Source: an uncultured delta proteobacterium
Lineage (GTDB): Bacteria > Desulfobacterota > Binatia > Binatales > Binataceae
Reading direction: 5' to 3'
Length of the DNA: 64,000 nucleotides
NCBI GenBank assembly: GCA_963801665.1
Contig: CAWDFL010000003.1
Span: forward strand, 280,901 to 344,900
Below the pieces are notes generated by a model that was given only the letters and a program-made list of their open reading frames with translations, made no database searches and was not told the DNA's origin. The translations under genes were made by a program, and so were the position numbers. Every line of letters starts with the position of its first letter. Position 1 is the stretch's first letter. Below, one piece after another: positions 59,161-64,000 of the stretch.

Positions 59161-60201
59161 CTAGCTCTCCATCGGCCGGAAAATCGTCCAGAGCAGGACG
59201 CGAGCGAGCGCATTTACGATCACGCTGATAATAAAGAGGAGCAGGCCAAGTTCGATCAGCGAGCTTAGATAGAGCTGGGTTGTCGCCTCGGTGAACTCAT
59301 TGGCTATAACGCTCGAAATGCTATATCCCGGCGCGAACAGCGAGACCGCGATCGCGGGCCGGTTGCCTATAACCATCGTGGTGGCGATAGTCTCTCCGAG
59401 CGCGCGGCCAAGCGCCAGGATACAGGCGCCGAACACTCCCGCGCGAGAGCCTGGCAGCACCACCATCTGGAAACTCTGCCAGCGAGTCGCGCCGAGTGCC
59501 CAGATCGCCTCACGCTGCGTCTGCGGGACGGCGGCCATCACGTCCCGGGAGATCGCGGTGACGGTAGGAACGATCATAATCGCCAGAAGCACTCCGGCGG
59601 TGAGCATTCCGACGCCGTAGATCGTTCCCGAAAAAATCGGCAAAAAACCCAGGTAGCGCTGCAGCAACGGCTCGACGTAATCGCGCATGACCGGCGCGAG
59701 GATAAACAATCCCCACAATCCGTAGACGACGCTTGGAACCGCGGCGAGCAGCTCGATCACAAAGCTGAGAGGACCTGACAGCCGCAGCGGACAGAATTCC
59801 GCGAGAAACGCGCCGGCGAGCACGCCAACCACGCCCGCGAGCAGAATGGCTATCGCCGAACTGACGATAGTTCCATAGATGAATGGGAGCGCGCCGAACT
59901 GGTTAGTTACAGGATTCCATTCGCTGGTCCACAGAAACGACAATCCGAATGTCGAGAGCGACAGCCGCGAACTCCATAGAAGCTCGATGAAGAGTCCGAC
60001 GACCAGGGCCAGGAAGGCAAACGTCGCTCCATAGACGCATAGGTCGAAGCCGGTACCGCGAGGCGCATGCGGCAATCTCAGCCGAATCGGCTGGACTCTT
60101 GGCTCGACCAGCGGATTGAGCGCGGGATTACCGGCGTTCATTCCGGGTGCGAGAGCGAATCCGAAAGTTCCTCTGGTATTGTGTTCGTCAATATCCGCCA
60201 T
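59161..60201 (-). CDS. pstC: phosphate ABC transporter permease PstC
   Basis: 346 aa permease with EAIWALGATRWQ EAA loop. Confidence 0.85.
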   Translation of the reverse strand: MADIDEHNTRGTFGFALAPGMNAGNPALNPLVEPRVQPIRLRLPHAPRGTGFDLCVYGATFAFLALVVGLFIELLWSSRLSLSTFGLSFLWTSEWNPVTNQFGALPFIYGTIVSSAIAILLAGVVGVLAGAFLAEFCPLRLSGPLSFVIELLAAVPSVVYGLWGLFILAPVMRDYVEPLLQRYLGFLPIFSGTIYGVGMLTAGVLLAIMIVPTVTAISRDVMAAVPQTQREAIWALGATRWQSFQMVVLPGSRAGVFGACILALGRALGETIATTMVIGNRPAIAVSLFAPGYSISSVIANEFTEATTQLYLSSLIELGLLLFIISVIVNALARVLLWTIFRPMES

Positions 60202-60263
60202 TTTGAATCGTTCCGGAGTAGCTAGTCACTAACCCAAGCCGAAGTGCATACCCGAGTAAGTAT

Positions 60264-61295
60264 CTACGCCTGCATTTGCGAGATAACTTTCAGTGCTTGT
60301 TTCTGGACGTTTTCGGGAAGCGGTACATAGTCAACCGATTTCGCGACTGACTGACCTTTTGTGACTAACCATTCGAGGGTCTGTTTGACGAGCTTCGCGC
60401 GCGCGGCGTCCGACGGCTTTTTGTAGAGCATGATCCACGAATATCCGCTGATCGGATAAGAATTGGCGCCGGACGCGTCGACGATTGAAAAGTCTGTCGC
60501 ACTCACCTCCGGTTTGCTGGCCGCGGCGTCCGCGACCGTCTCGATTGAGGGATACACAAACGCTCCGGATTTGTTCTCGACCTGCGCATACGTCATTTCG
60601 TTTTCGAGCACGTAGGCCAGCTCGATATATCCAATCGCGCCTGGCGTCTGGCGCACCTGTCCCGCCACGCCTTCATTGCCTTTGCCGCCAAGGCCTACAG
60701 GCCACTGCACGCTCTTGCCGGTCCCAACCTTTTGCTTCCATTCGGGAGAGACGTTGCTCAGAAAATCAGTGAAGATATATGTCGTGCCGGAGCCATCGGA
60801 GCGATGGACGACTGTAATCGGCATGTCGGGCAGTTTGATGCCGGGGTTCGCCTTCACGATCGCGAGGTCGTTCCACTTGGTTACTTTGCCCAGGAAGATC
60901 TCTGCAATCAGTTGGCGCGTCAGGCGAAGGCCCTTCGCGATTCCAGGCAGATTATAACCCATAGCGGCGCCGCCCAAGGTAACCGGAACCTGCAGAACAG
61001 GTCCCTGCGCAAGCTTGAGTTCCTCCGCATTCATCGGGACATCGGAGGCGCCAAAGTCAACGGTCTTCGCGATGAACTGCTGGATTCCGCCGCCGCTGCC
61101 GATCGATTGGTAATTGACCGTGACATCGGAACGCTGCTGGCTGTATTGGTAGAACGCTTTTGAGAAGAACGGATAGTCGAAGGTCGAACCTGCGCCGGTA
61201 AGCTGCGTGGACGCGAACACCGCCGACGCGGCGAGAGTCAACACGGCGGCGACGGCGAAGCCGATGGCTCTGCGAGTGTGGGACGAAAGCGGCAT
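60264..61295 (-). CDS. pstS: phosphate-binding protein PstS
   Basis: Signal peptide then GAGSTFDYPFFSKAFYQY...GSGGGIQQF, typical PstS. Confidence 0.85.
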   Translation of the reverse strand: MPLSSHTRRAIGFAVAAVLTLAASAVFASTQLTGAGSTFDYPFFSKAFYQYSQQRSDVTVNYQSIGSGGGIQQFIAKTVDFGASDVPMNAEELKLAQGPVLQVPVTLGGAAMGYNLPGIAKGLRLTRQLIAEIFLGKVTKWNDLAIVKANPGIKLPDMPITVVHRSDGSGTTYIFTDFLSNVSPEWKQKVGTGKSVQWPVGLGGKGNEGVAGQVRQTPGAIGYIELAYVLENEMTYAQVENKSGAFVYPSIETVADAAASKPEVSATDFSIVDASGANSYPISGYSWIMLYKKPSDAARAKLVKQTLEWLVTKGQSVAKSVDYVPLPENVQKQALKVISQMQA

Positions 61296-61502
61296 CGATG
61301 CACCTCCAAGTGAGAAGACAATTCAAAGTTTCATCCCTCATCATAACAACCATACTTTATTGGCCGGGGGCGGTTCTGTTACAGGAATGTTAAATCCGAG
61401 GCGAGCCGCGCAGAATCTGCAAAGTAGACTGGCGAATATATCGCGAACTTGAAGGATGCTTCCGTGGACTGATATTCATGATGCCAACGGAACCAGATTC
61501 GT

Positions 61503-61739
61503 ATGTCGCACCTCGTGGTTAGAAACTTTGAAGAGAGCGTTAAGGCACGTCTGCGGCGTCGCGCGATCCGCCGCGGTCACAGCATGGAGGAAGAGGTTCG
61601 AGAGATTCTTCGCAACGCCGTTAGGGCCGAAGAAAGTGCGGCTGCTCCGCTTGGCAGTCAGATCGCAGCGCGCTTCGCGCGCATCGGACTGGAGGAAGAT
61701 ATCGCGGAGTTTCGTGGCGAGAAGCCGCGCCCTGCCTGA
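61503..61739 (+). CDS. ribbon-helix-helix (Arc/VapB/FitA-like) antitoxin-type protein, orphan
   Basis: MSHLVVRNFEESVKARLRRRAIRRGHSMEEEVREILRNAV is a canonical RHH antitoxin N-terminus; no PIN/toxin ORF adjacent. Confidence 0.55.
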   Translation: MSHLVVRNFEESVKARLRRRAIRRGHSMEEEVREILRNAVRAEESAAAPLGSQIAARFARIGLEEDIAEFRGEKPRPA

Positions 61740-61757
61740 ATCTGCGGGCGAGCGAGG

Positions 61758-62721
61758 TCAGAGACCCTTCACGAAATCGATCAGCAGGTCGTTGATTTCT
61801 TTCGGTCGCTCCTGCTGGAGCCAGTGGCCGGCGCCGGGGATGATCACTTTCTTGCGGCAATTCGGCATCGAAAAATCGACGACTTTCGGCGCATCGGGAT
61901 ACATCGCGAGGACAACGTCGTGCTCGCCGGCCGCGAACATCGAGGGCTGCGTAAGCTTCACGCCGTCGAGGAAGCCGATCATCTCCCAATTGCGATCGAT
62001 ATTGCGGTACCAGTTGATTCCGCCGCGGAAGCCCGAGTTGCCGAACTCGGCGGCATAGAAATCAAGATCTTCCTCGGTCAGCCATCCGGGCAGACGGCCG
62101 GGAAGCGTACCGCTTTCGAGGAATTTGTACGAGCGCGGAAACAGGAACTTCCAGCGCTCGGCGGGCGGCGGATCGCCCGACGCCGAGTACAGCATCATCG
62201 TAAGCGAGCGGCGCGGATCCTCGTCGAGTTCCTTCTCGATCCGGCCCGGCTCCTGAAAGTAATGCTGATAGAACCAGTTGGTTTTGCCCTCAAGGCGCCT
62301 TCATCCCGTCGGAAGGACGAATCGGGCCGCGCGGCAAAAACGCCACGCTCAAAAGACCGATCGCGTAAAAGATATCAGGCCTCAGCAGCGCGCAGTGCCA
62401 CGCGACCGGCGCGCCCCAATCGTGTCCGACGATTATCGCGCGCGACTCGCCGAGCGCATGCACCAGTCCGACGATATCGCCGGTGAGATTGAAGATGTTG
62501 TAGGCCTCGATCGCGTCGGGGCGGTCGGTGCGTCCGTAGCCGCGCTGATCGGGCGCGACGACGCGGAAGCCCGCCGCTGCGAGCGCGGGAATCTGATGCC
62601 GCCACGAGTACCACGACTCCGGCCATCCGTGGCACAGCACGACCAGCGGGCCCACGCCCTGCTCGACGTAGTGCATCTTGATTCCGTTGGTCGCGGCGAA
62701 TTTATGCTGCAGCTCAGCCAT
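61758..62721 (-). pseudogene. epoxide hydrolase-like alpha/beta hydrolase (paralog of 46007..46967) with frameshift near 62295
   Basis: N-terminal ORF 62290..62721 (HGWPESWYSWRHQ, GHDWG) and C-terminal ORF 61758..62198 (GFRGGINWYRN...GHW) are in different frames. The junction ...PRGPIRPSDGMKA / LEGKTNWFYQHYFQEPG is colinear with the paralog. Confidence 0.65.
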
Positions 62722-62732
62722 GGTTCGATGCC

Positions 62733-63713
62733 TCAGTGCGCTTTGACCTTCTTCAACTCTTCGACCATCTCGGGCACGGCTTTGAACAGATCGGCGACCA
62801 GGCCGTAGTCGGCGACGCTGAAGATCGGCGCCTCTTCGTCCTTGTTGATCGCGACAATTATTTTGGAATCTTTCATCCCGGCCAGATGCTGGATCGCGCC
62901 GGAGATTCCGACCGCGACGTAGAGCTCGGGCGCGACTACCTTGCCGGTCTGTCCGACCTGCAAATCGTTGGGCACGAAGCCCGCATCGACGGCCGCGCGC
63001 GACGCGCCCATCGCGGCGCCCATCTCATCGACCAGCGGTTCGAGCACGATTTTGAAATTCTCGCCCGACTTGAGTCCGCGGCCGCCCGAGACGACGATCC
63101 GCGCCTCGGTGAGTTGCGGCCGGTCGCTCTTGGTCTGGTTGAAGGAGACGAACTCCTGCTTGAGCGCGGCGGCGTCGATCTCGGCGTCGAGTTTTTCGAC
63201 CGGCGACGCGGCTGCGGCGGGCTTGGCCGCGTCGAACGCGGTGCCGCGCACGGTTATCACCTTTACCGGACCGTCGAGCTCGATCGTCGCCATCGCGTTG
63301 CCCGCGTACATCGGGCGCACGTAGGTGCCGTCGTCGTTGATCGCGCTGATCTCGGAAGCCATCGGCGCGTTCAACCGCGCGGCCAGCCGCGGCGCGAGGT
63401 CCTTGCCGATCGCGGTCGCGGTCGCGAGCACGAATTCCGCTCCGGTCTTCTTGACCAGCGCGGTCAGCGCGGCCGCGTGCGCGTCGGCGAGATAATTTTT
63501 CAGCGCGGGATGCGCCAGCGCGATCACTTTCGACGCGCCATACTTGGCGATCTCCGCGGCGACCGCTTCGGGCGCGTCGCCCGCGACCACCGCGATCGCT
63601 TTGCCGCCGCGCTTTTGCGCGAGCTCGACGCCCGCGTGAATCGCGGTCAGCGTGGTCTTGGGAAAGTGGCCGCCCAGATGCTCGGCGAAAATAAGAACGT
63701 CACCCATTTGCAT
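62733..63713 (-). CDS. etfA: electron transfer flavoprotein alpha subunit
   Basis: 326 aa; FAD-binding C-terminal domain ([33 protein letters not shown]). Confidence 0.85.
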   Translation of the reverse strand: MQMGDVLIFAEHLGGHFPKTTLTAIHAGVELAQKRGGKAIAVVAGDAPEAVAAEIAKYGASKVIALAHPALKNYLADAHAAALTALVKKTGAEFVLATATAIGKDLAPRLAARLNAPMASEISAINDDGTYVRPMYAGNAMATIELDGPVKVITVRGTAFDAAKPAAAASPVEKLDAEIDAAALKQEFVSFNQTKSDRPQLTEARIVVSGGRGLKSGENFKIVLEPLVDEMGAAMGASRAAVDAGFVPNDLQVGQTGKVVAPELYVAVGISGAIQHLAGMKDSKIIVAINKDEEAPIFSVADYGLVADLFKAVPEMVEELKKVKAH

Positions 63714-63815
63714 TCACTCCGGCGCCCGCTCCACGCCGCTTGTGCGGTCGATCGCAGGCGATGAGACAATATCTCTCTAAAGGTTCGCGAAAAAATTCCT
63801 CGGATCGTTTTGCCG

Positions 63816-64000
63816 CTAGATAACTTTGGCTTCGGTATGGAGAACGCCGACCAGCTCCGCGACCGAGCCAACTTTCTTTCCCGCTTGCCGCTTGGGCGGC
63901 GCGGTCAGCGATTTGATCTTGAGCTTGGGCGCGAGGTCGAGGCCCAAGCTTTCGGCGGGAATTTCCTTGAGCTCCTTTTTGCGCGCCTTCATGATTCCCG
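63816..64000 (-). CDS. etfB: electron transfer flavoprotein beta subunit, 3' end only (runs off window)
   Basis: Reverse translation ...MKARKKELKEIPAESLGLDLAPKLKIKSLTAPPKRQAGKKVGSVAELVGVLHTEAKVI* matches the EtfB C-terminal arm. Confidence 0.7.
   Translation of the reverse strand, partial: GIMKARKKELKEIPAESLGLDLAPKLKIKSLTAPPKRQAGKKVGSVAELVGVLHTEAKVI

Noticed and set aside
1-64000. CRISPR arrays, rRNA genes, complete transposase or integrase genes
   Set aside because: No regularly spaced direct repeats were found. No rRNA-like sequence and no intact transposase or integrase ORF; only fragmentary integrase-like remnants near tRNA-Thr.

Overview
This 64 kb window is GC-rich (about 65%) chromosomal DNA with a low-GC patch (about 50%) at 37.5-40.5 kb. 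It is densely coding (about 60 protein genes and one tRNA) and reads as an accessory, soil-bacterium type region.

Gene content:
- Xenobiotic/aromatic-type oxidoreductases and hydrolases, most with a cognate TetR/MarR/AraC/Rrf2-type regulator nearby: aldo/keto reductase, two FAD monooxygenases (one Baeyer-Villiger type), NDH-2, an LLM flavin oxidoreductase, a disulfide oxidoreductase, dehalogenase/epoxide-hydrolase type alpha/beta hydrolases, a HAD hydrolase, amidohydrolases, an amidase and several SAM methyltransferases.
- A sigma-54 enhancer-binding protein, two ECF-type sigma factors, a pstSCA-led phosphate-scavenging cluster (ABC-F, phosphoesterase, sulfatase), etfAB, a YchF-like ATPase and an HdrD-like Fe-S oxidoreductase.

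Most notable systems:
1. A bufferin-type RiPP operon at 12.3-15.2 kb: a Sec-signal Cys-rich precursor, a DUF692 MNIO enzyme and a DUF2063 partner, with a divergent DoxX gene and an adjacent zf-HC2 anti-sigma-like gene.
2. A low-GC three-gene island at 37.6-40.3 kb: a PD-(D/E)XK-like protein, an unrecognised 393-aa protein and an FRG-domain protein. This is a candidate uncharacterised defence or conflict module.
3. An ECF sigma followed by an anti-sigma with an extracytoplasmic VWA domain and a tandem VWA paralog.
4. A STAS-ECF sigma fusion whose 3' end abuts a truncated duplicate of a hydrolase gene.

Other observations:
- Three MITE-like inverted-repeat element families, one with two full copies and one solo end.
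- A decayed island next to tRNA-Thr.
- At least seven frameshift-interrupted genes, which suggests either indel errors in the assembly or ongoing pseudogenisation.
- No rRNA genes and no CRISPR array.

Coordinates of features I located by hand may be off by 1-2 nt.
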